Below, one piece after another: positions 1-13,780 of a stretch of DNA of 64,000 bases (the first letter of the stretch is position 1; the number at the start of each line of letters is the position of its first letter). The notes below the pieces were generated by a model that saw only the letters and a program-made list of their open reading frames with translations, did not search any database and had not been told where the DNA came from. A program made the translations under genes and the position numbers. Source of the DNA: Cyanophora paradoxa CCMP329 (Eukaryota; Plantae; Glaucophyta); assembly GCA_004431415.1 (NCBI GenBank), contig QPMI01000169.1:62001-126000 (forward strand), given 5' to 3'.

Positions 1-705
1 GCGCCTAGCCTGGCCGGGGGCAGTGAAAAATATATAGTGCCGCCGGGCGCACTGGCGACATTCGGGTGCTCCTGATGCGCGGCCGAGGATGTTGATGCCC
101 GGCAGTGATGGATCGCAGCAGGTGGCGCGTGCGTCGCAGAGTGGCCCAGGAGGAGAGGTCCGCGCGCGCCGATCCTCGGGGGCAAAAACGGTCGGCGGCA
201 TGATCTCAAAAGCGATGCACCGAGGCAAGCTTGCATGGCGGCTGCGTTTGAGCGGGAGTTGAATGAACTTGAAGGCTAGTTGAAGCTGGAGGGGGGTACA
301 CGCACAAGCCAGACAGCTATTCGGGTCCCACTCGAACGGGAGCAGCGCCATGGTGCGAGCGCGACGCCCCGCTTCCATCGTAGGTATCCATAGCTGACAC
401 ATCCGCTACAGGCGGATCAAGTTCAGGTCCGTTCCGCCGCGGAGCCCGAGGGCACCGCTTGCCGGTTCCAATGAATGTGGATCGCGGGCGATACAAGTCC
501 CAGGGATTGCTAGGCCAACACGCTGCCGCGGGGCGCTTCGTCACTTGAGCGAAGCGTCGGCCTCCGCATATAGGACTCTTTCAGCTTTCGCATGCCGGCT
601 CGCTAGAATAACCAGACGACGTGTAATAGCGTCGCAGCGGCGCGCGGGCCATTGGCCTGGGACCTTAATAGCTGTCTTGCGTGCCCGCGCCTCTGACCTC
701 ACCGT

Positions 706-1758
706 GTGCAGCCCGCCCAAAGAAACATATACCGCCTTAGCGAGTACTGCCCCAAAGTGAGTGCCCGCGCCGTGCTTTACCGTTCTCTTCACTGCCGTGC
801 CGCTTCCGACCGCTCCTTCCCTCACTCGGCACTGTACTCGCAGAGTGACAAACTCTCATACAACGATGAGCACTGGCGGACGACGTGGTGGAGGCCAGAG
901 CAGAGCATCACGCGGAAGCACCCGGATCCCATTGCCACGCGAGCGTCCAGGACCCCCTGGACCGCGACCCGCGTCCTCATGAGCCGGAGGTCGCACCCTC
1001 TGCCCCCTCGCTCGCTTTCGGAGCCTGACCGGCCCGCGCAGCATGGAGCTGACCGCTAGCCGCAAGCTCCCCGTGCCCCTTTCGCCCGCCACCACGCTCA
1101 ACCCGAAGGAGACCCCCTACGGCCGCGGCACCGAGCGGTCAATGCGCGAGGTCCGACCCCGCCGCCTCGACCCTTGGCCGCCCCCTGAGCCCCGCGCAGG
1201 ATCCCCTCCGGATGGGCCGGACCGGGCAGGCAAGCTCGGACCCGGGGGACACCCCTTCCTTTCCTTTCCTTTTGCTTACGTGCGCGGGGGCAGTACATCG
1301 AGCGGGCGAACATGGCGTTCAAGCGGGGAGACTTCGCCGGCGCCGCGCGCGCCTTCACGCAGGCCATCGAGATCGACCCCGACGACCACTTCCTCTACTC
1401 CCGGTGCCCCCGCCCGCTCGCCTTCGCTTTCGCCTCCGCGCTGACCGACGGCGGCGGCGCGCAGGCGGGCGGCGTGCTTCGCGTCGCTGCGGGACTACGA
1501 GAGGGCCAAGCGGGACGCGGAGATCGTCCAGAAGCTCCGCCCCGACAACCACAAGGGGTCCGCCCCTGCCCCGCCCTGCCCGGCCCGGACCCCCGCCGGC
1601 CCTGGCCCGCCGCAGCGCGCGGGGGCCCGTCCCTGAGGGTGGGAATGCACAGGACGCTGTGCAAGAAGGCGATCCAGGACTTCGAGACGCGCTACGAGCG
1701 GGGCCTGCCGGGCTGGGAAACCTGCCACGAGACCCTCCTCCAGACCTTCCAGAAGTAG
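706..1758 (+). CDS. TPR-repeat protein (multi-exon; 5' end uncertain)
   Basis: Spliced exons give YIERANMAFKRGDFAGAARAFTQAIEIDPDDHFLYSR / AACFASLRDYERAKRDAEIVQKLRPDNHKG, typical STI1-like TPR helices. Stop TAG ends at 1758. Start codon not resolved. Confidence 0.65.
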
Positions 1759-2540
1759 CCCCCGACCCGCCGGCCGGCGTGGCCCGCGGCGGCGCGGCGA
1801 GCTCTCCAGGGCCTGGGCTCTGCTGCTGTCGACGGGGCCCATCCCCTCTGCACGTGGGCCGCGAAACGGACCGCGATGCATGTAAGCAGAGCTGGACCGG
1901 GAGGTAGCGATGGGCCCCTGGCCCCAGGGTTTAGCTAGCCTTTTTCACAGGTAGATCAGTGCCAGGAAAGGTATACATATTGTAGCCAGGGGGCCCGCAG
2001 CCGGGGCCGAGCTCGAGCGCGCGCCCCAGCCTTCCAGTCGATCAATCGCGACGGCAGATCGCGAGCGCGAGCCGTTGAGCGTGTGCATATTTGCAAATAG
2101 ACCCATGGCCAGCGTTGGCGCCGTGCACGTGCACGTGGGCACGCGATCGGCCCGGCGCCGCCGGGCCGGTCGGCGGCCGAGTGCGGCCGAGGAGCCTCGG
2201 AGCTCGAGGCCTAGCCTAGTAGGCCTGCGCCCCCGCCGGCGCGGCCGCCGCGGCCCACGGCGGCGGCCGCAGCCGCTGCCCTGCCCTGCAGCCCTGCATG
2301 CTGCTGGCCGCGCGCGCGGTGCGCGGCGGTGCCAGCAGCGGTGGCGCGGCACTGGCGCCAGCGGGCAACTTTGCAATTGCCGCAGTGCAAGCTATCGACC
2401 CTCGAGGCAGTTAAGCTAGAGCCTTTTTTTTTTGTGCGAAGCTAAAGCTTAAGTACTAGTTCGCTTCCAATTTTTCATTCTCTGTTCGCCCGCGAAGCAC
2501 CCGCGCCCAGCTTCGCCCGACCCGCTTCTCACTCAACACC

Positions 2541-3312
2541 ATGGCCGCCCGCGTCGGTGAGCTGGCCACACGATCCGCGGCCGCCCGGGCGCGCCGGCGC
2601 GCGCAACGCTCGCGCGGAACTTTTCGAGACCGCCCATCCAACCCGACGACGATCGCTGACCAGCTGCGCGCGTGTATTTTCTTAACGCAGCTACCTCCGC
2701 CCGCTCCATCTGGCTTTCCGATGGTGCGCCCTGCTCCACGCGCCGGGAACGCCCGGACTTCCGCGCGTCCTATAGATCTTCCCAGCCTGGCCGCCCAGCC
2801 TGCGCGTTTCTAAGCCCCTAATCACCGATCAATCTATAAAAGACAACCACATCATCACTCCGATCGGCCGGGCGAATGCTAGACGCGTTTGTTGCCGATC
2901 CCGATGGTGCGCGCACCGGAAAGCTGACCTCGTTCCGCTCCGACAGCTTCGTGCTACCCTCTGTTTGCCGTGATGGGCGCCGCCATGGGCCTGGTGGGTT
3001 CCTAACCCAACCTACACAACCAGCCTTCCATCCTAACCTTGGGAATCTCAGGTCGCCTACAAGGGCTCTGTCCAGCTCACCCAGTCTAACGACATCGCAT
3101 GGACGCACAAGGTGCCCCGCCCCTGCCCCGCCGTACGCGTGTATGCCATTCGATGTCGAGATTTGATCGCGCGTGGGCAGGGCACGACGGCAGCGCTGCG
3201 TGGCGAGCCTCAGGTCCGCCTCCCGTGGCAGAACGCCGTCGCGTACTCGGGCTCGATCCCCTTCTACACCCCCGTCGAACGCGCGGCCACCCTCCCCAGC
3301 AACCTCGAATAA
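2541..3312 (+). CDS. B12D / NDUFA4-like small mitochondrial membrane protein (5 exons, ~95 aa)
   Basis: Joining exons at GT-AG sites gives MAARVATSARSIWLSDASCYPLFAVMGAAMGLVAYKGSVQLTQSNDIAWTHKGTTAALRGEPQVRLPWQNAVAYSGSIPFYTPVERAATLPSNLE*. The WLSD..YPLFAVMG motif plus one TM helix is B12D-like. Confidence 0.7.
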
Positions 3313-3796
3313 GCGCGCCCCGCGCTCGTCGTCGAATCGGATCGTCGGCCTAGCGACGGCCGCTCCGGCGGGGAGCCTTTTCATTTTCGCTCCTTGCTCT
3401 TCGCTGTGTGCTAGCTCAAGTAGATCCCTCCTACCCTCCGCCTCCAACTCTGCGATGCCCTCCTCGGCAGAGCCTTTCGAATTCTTGTGTGCGTGACGAT
3501 GCACGAATTAATCGTTGTCTCTAAATAGCAGCTCAATGAAGCCTGGAAACCAGAGTCGACTGGCTGTATACGCAAGGCACTGTGGCTGCAGTGTGGCACT
3601 GCATGCGCAGCCGCCTCGGCATGCGCAGCGCTGCGGCGTGCTTTGGAGCTTAAGGATGGCAGGTTTGCATTGGTACAAGTACAGGGAGGGGGCGGTTCGG
3701 AGACGACGCGGGTGAGGGTTGGCGGGAGGAAAGCAGGGCCCGGGCGGAGGCCCAAAAAAAAAGCAGGCTGCCAGGCGGGGCCGGCGCCTCGCCCGC

Positions 3797-6102
<2,306 letters not shown>

Positions 6103-6202
6103 GCGGGAGCGACGCCAGGACACCTAAGGCGAAGTGAATGCGAAGAAGGTGCTGATGAAGGGGGGATGGAGGCCGGGGGGGGGGGTATCAAGAGCTCAGC
6201 AA

Positions 6203-6999
6203 ATGTCGGGCCGCGGACGAGGCAGAGGACGCGGGCGCGGGCGGGGGGCCGCGCGGGGCGGCGCTAGCACGACGCGGACAGTGGTCATGCGGCCCGGATC
6301 GGCGCCTCGGGTTGCGACGGCGCGAGGCGGGACGCTCACGCTCAACGAGCGTTTCACCATGCTCCAAGCCCAGGCACCAGCAGCAGCACCCGCCAGTCGT
6401 GGCCGTGTTCGCGCCGTGCGGGCCCGCGGACGCGCTGGCATCCAGACGACACAGAGGACAGCAGCGGCAGCACAGCGAGGGGCGGCGTCTCGTGCGAACG
6501 TAGTCATGGCGCGTCGAACGGGGCAGACAGTGGCGGCAGTCGCTCGTGGAGCCCCACGCACGCGGGCTGGCCGCGGGCGGGGTGTGGCGGTAGCAGCAAC
6601 GACGCGCGGACGTGGCCGGGGACGCGGTGCTGGGGTCGCCGCCCGCGGAGCTTCTCGGGGCCGCGTTGCGACTGCAGCACGCGGGCGGGGCGTTCGGGGG
6701 CGGGGTCGTGGCCGTGGTCGCGGCGGCAAGGTTCGCTTCCCGCCAATTTCGCGCCGGGCGGCGCCAACGCGACATACGCCGTGCAGCCGGTGTCGAAAGA
6801 TGATCTGGATGCGGAGTTGGAGCAGTACATGAAGGAGAACCCAGGCGTGGACGAAGATGGTTCGCGTTAGCGTTAGCGCCCCCTGCGTTAGCGCCTCTCT
6901 GATCTCATGTTCTCGCCGCGGCTGCAGGCGATGTGATGGTAAGAGACCCGTGAATTGAACGCAACATTGTTCCATTGACTTGCGTCTTTGCAGGCGTGA
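6203..6999 (+). CDS. CHTOP/FOP-like RG-rich protein
   Basis: RGRGRG repeats, a TLNERF motif, and C-terminal PVSKDDLDAELEQYM (FoP-type motif). Ends through an 11-nt micro-exon and a 6-nt terminal coding segment. Confidence 0.75.
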
Positions 7000-7711
7000 A
7001 GGCACGGCCTTGGCACTGTCAACGGCGGCAACGCGTCACGACGCATCATGGCATGCAACGTTGACAAGCCCCTTCGGCTTCAACTTCTGCGCTGACGCCC
7101 CTGCTGCACATACTTTGAGGCTCTAGATATCGAGCCATCGCAATTGCACCATGTACTTTTTGGCACCCGAGGTCTCGCGGCCGGCTCGCTCGCTTTAGTC
7201 TGATGGGCCGGCGCTCTTAGTGCTAGTCCCGTAGTATTATGAACGGAACAGGGACACTGCAGTTGCACTGCCCCTGTTGGAGGGGAAGGACCTCTAACGG
7301 TTGAGCAGGAAAGGTCATGATCATGATCATGATCAGGTTAGCCGAGATAGAGATCTAGAGAGTGTTGACTCTGTAGAGCCTGCATGCGCAGCCCCTGATC
7401 ATGAGCCGCTGAGCTGCGCGAACGCCTGCAATTGCAACTGGGATGGGGGGCCGGCCGCCGGCTCGCGATCCGATGATCGAGCTCGTGGGACCGGAAGAGG
7501 ACTTGCAGGTCAATCAGTTAGGTTACTAAGTTCTAGGTCTTCGACTCGCCCCCGCCCCCTGCTCGTGCAAGGTGGTCATATATATATATATATATGCATG
7601 TGGTCTAATTCAACACAGACAGCATCTCAGAGTCTGCAGGCTGCAGCAAATGCTCGCTAGGCGTAAACCTGGAACAAGAAGCCGTGCGGGAATGGGACAA
7701 TTTGCCCTGCG

Positions 7712-8195
7712 CGCCGCGCCGCCACCCGCCGTGCCTCCCGCCGCGCCTCCGCCCCGCCCGGCGAGCCGCGCCGCCGCCCGCCGCGCCTCCGCCCCGATCG
7801 GCGAGCCGCGCCGCCACCCGCCGCGCCTCCACCCGCCCGGCGAGCCGCGCCGCCGCCCGCCACGCCTCCGCCCCGCCCGGCGAGCCGCGCCGCCGGCCGC
7901 CGCGCCTCCGCCCCGCCCGGCGAGCCGCGCCGCCGCCCGCCACGCCTCCGCCTCGCCCGGCGAGCCTCGGAGCCGCGCCGCCGCCCGCCGGCCCGGAGCC
8001 GCGCCGCCGCCCGCCGGCCGCCGCGCCTCCGCCCCGCCGGCGGCCGGCGAGCCCCGCCGCCGCCCGCCGCGCCTCCGCCCCGCCCGGCACGCCGCGCAGC
8101 CGCCCGCCGCGCCTGCTCCCCGTTCGGCGCGCCGCGCCGCCGCCCGCAGCGCCTCCGCCCCGCCCGGCGACCGCGCCGCCGCGCCGCCGCCCGCC
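7712..8195. repeat. GC-rich minisatellite, ~40-bp unit, about 11 degenerate copies
   Basis: Unit ccgcgcctccgccccgcccggcgagccgcgccgccgcccg repeats in tandem from 7741 and degrades towards the 3' end. Confidence 0.9.
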
Positions 8196-9402
8196 GTCTG
8201 CTGCGGAGCGCGGCACGCGTCGGCTTCCGGCGCGAGAGGAGCTGTTCGACGACACGCGTCGACGACACGGCGTCCGGCGCGAGATTGCCGGGCGGCGCGC
8301 GAGCGCACCTTTCGGCCGCGGCGCAAGAGTGTCGCATCTGCGGACGGCAGGCGCGGGGCAGTCAGAACCATCGGCTACGCGCACCGGAACGCGGGGGCGG
8401 CGTAGCGGGCGTCTTCTTCCTGCACTCTTTCACGTTCCGAAGTGCTTGATGATCATGAGCTGTTACCGCATTGCAAGGCATGTGCAGCTAGCCGGAGCTC
8501 AGCTAGCTATAGTTGGCCAGCGCGAAAGCCAGTCGGCACTGACTCGGCAGCTGTTGGCATGGCAGCAGCACACAGTTGGCTAGCCTGCCGGGTACTGCAA
8601 CACGATATCGCCTCCATTCCCCCCTGCTCGAGACTCGATCTCCTCAAACTCGCAGGAGCGCTTTTTTCCGGCGCCCGGTACAACAGGTACTTGAGGCGCC
8701 CTAGCGGGCCACCCTCTGCCCCTCCGGTCTCGGCATGTATGACATGAATCGTCGGGCGTATCAGGCGCATTCAGGCGCACTCGGTCCGGCAGATATACCG
8801 CCACTTGGTGAGGCGCTAGATCGCATTTTTTGAAAATGTGTTATTGCCCATTCCTGGTCGACCCGACGGGACCCGGATCTCCCAAGACATGTTCCCGGTC
8901 TCCTAGGGGCATGCCTTGCTAGGATCCGGCGAGAAAACCCGGCTTTTGGGAGGTCGGGACATTTCATTTTGGCCTAGGGTGGGCACCCGAACACCCCCAA
9001 GTGGGGGAAGGGGAAGGAGGTCCTTCCCCAACAAGACGAGCCGGCTCTCGTGCTTGTCCTGTAGCTTTAGTTTCGTGAAGATGGGTGGCGTGCAGCTCTG
9101 AAGTATGTGCTCTCCGACTTCGGTCGAGCCCAGCACGGAAAAGCTGGGTTTGGCCGCCGGAGATCTAGAGATCTTTATCGCACACGGAGTAACCGGGGCA
9201 GCACAAGAATGCCGCCCGGCTATTAGGGTGTGCTCGTTGCGCCGCAGCGCGGTCTAAAGTCAAACTTAGCGAAACGAACTAGAGAAGACAGAACAGGCAG
9301 GCAGAAAAGCGTGGAACCCAATAAGATTCGCGCGTCAGGAGGTGGAGGGGGCGACGAGGGGCGGGCGGGGCAATCAGTTCGGGGCGGGGAAGCGCGCGGT
9401 CG

Positions 9403-10683
9403 CTACGCGGGCGGGGGCCGGATCCTGGGCCGGCGGCTCTTGAAGAAGCGGACGTAGGTGAGGCCGGCGAGGGCGGCGCTCAGCGTCCACCTGCGCGGGG
9501 CTCGCGGACGGCGCCGGCGGGGGCGGGGCGGGGCGAGGCGGGGCGGGGTGGGGCGGGCCATGTGGCGGCGTAGGCGCGGTGCCCCTCGGGCATAACGTAG
9601 GTCGAGACGATCTCGGCGGGGTCGCGCGGGATCGGCAGCTCCCTCCGGTTCGCAGGCAGCGACGACGGCGCTGTCTCTGCACCCCGCCCCGTGAGGCCGC
9701 GCCGGCGGGTCGTGAAGAAGGGAGGCCGGCGGCGCGCACGGATCGTCTCGAGGAGGAGGGGCACGGAGGGGGCCCCTGCCCACGCCGCCATCTCCTCGAG
9801 GCGCAGCGCGTACCACTTCCCCTCCGCCGGCGCGTTCGGCGGCACAAACGACGACGGCTGCGCGGCCGGGGGCGTCGTCATGCGCCGGCGAGGCGCGAGG
9901 GGAGTGGCGAGGCGCACCAGCATGGGGATTACAGAGACGCCAGAAGTCGCGACCACGCCCTTCGTCTGCGCGGCGCCACCGCTGAACAGCGGACGGAGCG
10001 AAATTATGAGACAAATCAAATCACCTTGAAGGACGCCATCGCGGCCGGGTCGCCCGCCACCTGCTTGGGGACCCACCCGCGGTTGACGAGCACGATGGTC
10101 CTGCCGTGCGCTCGGCGCTGGCCGCGCGCACAAAGGCCAGCGTGCCGCCTCACCCGTTCGTGCACTTCATCGGCACGATCATGTGGAAGCCGGCTTGACC
10201 GTCGTACGTCCGCGGGCCGACGAGCATCGTTTTGGAGTGATCGTACTCGCCGGTCACGGCCACCTGTCTGTGTTGCAGCGCCTCCCGCCCAGACTCGCTG
10301 CGCGAAGGAGCGATCAACAACAGGCTGCACGCTGCTGCAAGCGGGGGACGCACTCGAGGTACTCGCCGGGCGCCGGTACAGGAGGCAGCTTCAGCCGCTC
10401 CTTCCGAAGCGCGATTTGCTCCTCCTTCCAGGTCTTGCGCCGCCACTGCCAGAGGCCAAGCCCTGCAGTCACAAGCACCGGCACGGTGAAGACAGCGAGG
10501 CCGAGCACATCGCCTGCGGCGAAGCGGCACGAGTGAGCGGCGGCACGATGCGGCCAGCGCAAATGACGCACGCGGCGGTGTTTCTGGTGCGGCCGCCTCC
10601 GCCTCCACGGACATGTGCCTTTGGGCGGCGGCCGCCGCCCGCTGCGCGGCGACGCGCAGCCGCCGGCTTGCTGACGAGAACAT
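9403..10683 (-). CDS. SURF1: SURF1/Shy1 cytochrome c oxidase assembly factor (multi-exon)
   Basis: Mitochondrial-type presequence MFSSASRRLR, then LGLWQWRRKTWK, VTGEYDHSKTMLVGPR, VLVNRGWVP and HRAYAATW/WTLS motifs. Confidence 0.92.
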
Positions 10684-10835
10684 CCGAGCGGAGCGCCAAT
10701 GCCGGAGCGGTGACGCGACTCGCGTGCTGAGCTCGAGGAGGTCGCACAAGCCGGCTCGTTTAGCAGTGTACCCCTCGAAAGAAGAGCATCTCGTCTGAAG
10801 AAGGGAGCGATCTGCAGATCACGTAGCAACCAAAG

Positions 10836-13246
10836 ATGGGTGTAGAGAGAGGAGATGGACCGGTGAGTCTCCGCGTGGTTGCGGATCGCTCGAAGGGCGT
10901 GCGGCTCTTGGGGTCATGGCGCAGCGGCATAGGCGGTTACACGTGCTTTCGGGCGGGCTCAAGTGGCTGACGTGCGCCCCCACTCTGCAGCCGCGGAGCC
11001 AGACCCCGGGCGAGCCGATCAACGCCGTGGGTTTGTTCAACAAGTGGGGCAGTATCGTACACGAAGGCAGCTTCGATGTGGGAGAGGGGCGCACCGTTTC
11101 GATCTGCGTCCGGCGGAACGGGTGCGGCTCAAACGAGCGCGCGGGACGATCGGCGCGCGCAGCTTATCCGGCGGTCCGCAGCGAGGTTTTCAAGACTATG
11201 GTGCGAACGAATGTCAAAGACGCTTGGATGCACTGGGCGATCTCTATCCGCAACATCAAGGAGTGGCTGGGCAACGTGCCCGAGGACATGTGGTCCGAAG
11301 CCCGAGGAGCGGCGCGCGATCGCTGCGTACACCTGAGCTTTAGCTACGCAGGCCTTCTGGTTCGGTCTCGGTCGATCGTGCAGCCGTGAGGTCGCCGTTT
11401 CGGCTTGTTGGTGCGTGGCAGACGGTGGCTCGCGCTGCCGCTCCACCCCTTGCGCTGAGCCCGGCGAACGCGGCAGGCAACAACGAGTTCGCCGTGACGC
11501 TGGAATTTAAGATCCCTTTCGTGCCGATGGGCCTGAACTTCGTCGTCAACGTGTACGCGCCGGCCCGCCCCTTGGGCCCGCGCGGTCGCTGGCGAGCCGC
11601 GGGCCGCGCAGGCCGGCGACGAACGAGTGGCTGAAGCCGGACGCGGAGAACTTCCTGTTCCCCGTTGCGCCGAGTGAGAAGGCGTCGGACCTGTGGGAGA
11701 AGATCCGCGTGCGCTTCTCAATCTACAAGCCGCTGCCCGAGGGCCAGCGCCTCCACATCACCGGCGACGGCGCCGAGCTCGGGAAGTGCGCGCACGCCGC
11801 CGCCGCCGCCGCCTCTGCTCGACCCGCCGCGCGCGCGCTCACCGCCCGGCGGCGCGCGGGGCAGCTGGGGTCGGGACATGGTCGGCTACAAGCGGATGTC
11901 GCTGGGCGACTGGCGCCCGCTGCCGAACCAGAGCCTCGGCGTCGCCGGCCTCAAGGCGCGGCTCTCCGCCGGGCCCCGCTGCTCGCGCGCTGAGGGGCGG
12001 CGGCAGGTGCGGCCGTGGGAGTACGAGGCGTGGATCCCGGCGCGCGTCTACCGCCGCGTCTACTACCGCTACCTCATCTGGGACGAGGCCACCGAGTCCG
12101 CTGTCTGGGAGCGGTCTGCGCCCCCGCCCCCGCCGCTACCGCGCCCGCCGAGGGCCGGCCCGCAGCGAGCCGAACCGTGTGGTGGACATGGAGGGCGAGG
12201 GGGCGCGGCGGGGCACAAAGATCGTGCAGGTGCGGCGGGGCGCGCGCGGGGGCCGCGGGGCGCGGGGCGCGGGGCCCACGCTGGGGCGGCAGAACGACAT
12301 CAACTTCGTGTCCGACCTTGACCTGAACGAGATCACGGGGGGTCCGCCCGCCCTTTCCGCCCCGGCCTGCGCCCCCGCGCCTCGCCCCGCCCCGCCCCGC
12401 CGACACGCCGGCAGAGATCTTCTCGGGGTCGTACCCCCAGACGGACGGCGATGTCGAGATGCTCCGCAACGCCGGCGCGCCCGCCCCGCCCGGGCCCCGC
12501 CCCCGTCCCCGCCCCTCTCCCGGGCGCGCTGATGCCCGACCGGCGGGGGCAGGCATCACGGCCGTCCTCAACGTCATGACCGAGGAGGTGCAGAGGGGGC
12601 AGCGCGCCTGGGGCGGGCCCCCCGCCCCCCCCCCCCCCGGAGGGCTGAGGCGGGGGCGGGGGCGGGGGCAGGACCTGCACCACCGGCAGGTGAACTGGAT
12701 CGAGCTGCTGCGCTCCTACGACCTCCGCTCCATCCGCGTCGAGCGCCTCCCCATCCGGTGCGCGCCGCAGCCCCGCGCCCCCGCCCGCGAAGGCGGCCGG
12801 CCGAGGCGCGGGGCGGGGCGCAGGGACTTCGACCAGGAGGAGCTGCTGCGGAAGCTGGGGGAGGCGGTGCGGCTGCTGGACCGGCTGGTGCGCGAGGGCC
12901 ACAAGGTCTTCGTCCACTGCACCGCCGGCATCTCCCGCGCCCCCGCCATCGTCCTCTCCTACCTCGTCTGGTGCAGGGTCAGCCGCCCTCGCCGCCCCCC
13001 CCGCGGTTGCGCCCCCTGCGAGCTCCCCCTCGCCCGACCCTGCGGGGTGCCCGAGCAGGGGTACAAGCCCGACGGGGCCTTCCAGTTCATCAAGCAGCGG
13101 CGGCCCGTCGCCATGCCCAACATGCAGGTGCCGGCCCTGCCCCCCGCCCGCATGCCGGGCCCTGGCGCGGCGTTCAGCGCGAGCCTCACCCGCCCTCCCC
13201 GCAGCTCATCACGCCTTTCTTGCAAGAGACAAAGTTCGAAGCATAG
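10836..13246 (+). CDS. Glucan (starch) phosphatase: CBM45-like + CBM20 + dual-specificity phosphatase
   Basis: WMHWAI..EW..PEDMWPSGS..RSPF..LNFVVN..NEWLK (CBM45-like); LHITGDGAELGKW..YRYLI..WER.EPNR (CBM20); GSYPQ, ITAVLNV, DFD and HCTAGISR (CX5R) in the DSP domain. Confidence 0.85.
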
Positions 13247-13780
13247 AACGGCTCCGCGCGCGTGCGCATGCCTGCCCCGATAACGTACCAGCCGTCATCT
13301 TCGATGCACATACGAATCGAAGGATCAGGTATCGAATTATTGGCAGAGCTAGAGTTTTTGATCCGATGATCGAATCGAAGCTTCATCTGCGCCATGCCGC
13401 GACACCTCGCAGCCTTACCGCCACGCGGCTGCATGCCACCGCCAGTGGTCCGGCACATGCGCTTGCGGCGAGATAGTGCCACGGTGTTAGGTACAGCACT
13501 TCATATTCCATCAGAAATCACTACATGGGACATAAGCAAAAAAAATATTATAGGATCGGATCGAATGGGGCACGGAGCAAATCTACAAGGAGCTGCAGCT
13601 GCAGGCGCAGCTTCCGAAAAAGAACAATTCTCTATATAGTACGACAGTAATTCAAAGAAAGCTTAGCAATTTACGAGATATAAGTTGAAACCCGAGAGCA
13701 ATATCTACCACGGCCGGCGGCGCGCGCAGAGAGCCGCGGCGCCTCCGCCGCCCACACCCCTACCCCCCCCGACTAACTGT

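Noticed and set aside
1-240. Open minus-strand frame running off the window start
   Set aside because: No recognisable motif and it is truncated; it cannot be distinguished from non-coding DNA.
7572-8583. Long Arg/Pro/Ala-rich ORFs in several frames
   Set aside because: Produced by the stop-free GC minisatellite; no domain signal.
8860-9340. Possible structured RNA or small ORFs between the repeat block and SURF1
   Set aside because: No tRNA, snRNA, snoRNA or protein motifs recognised.
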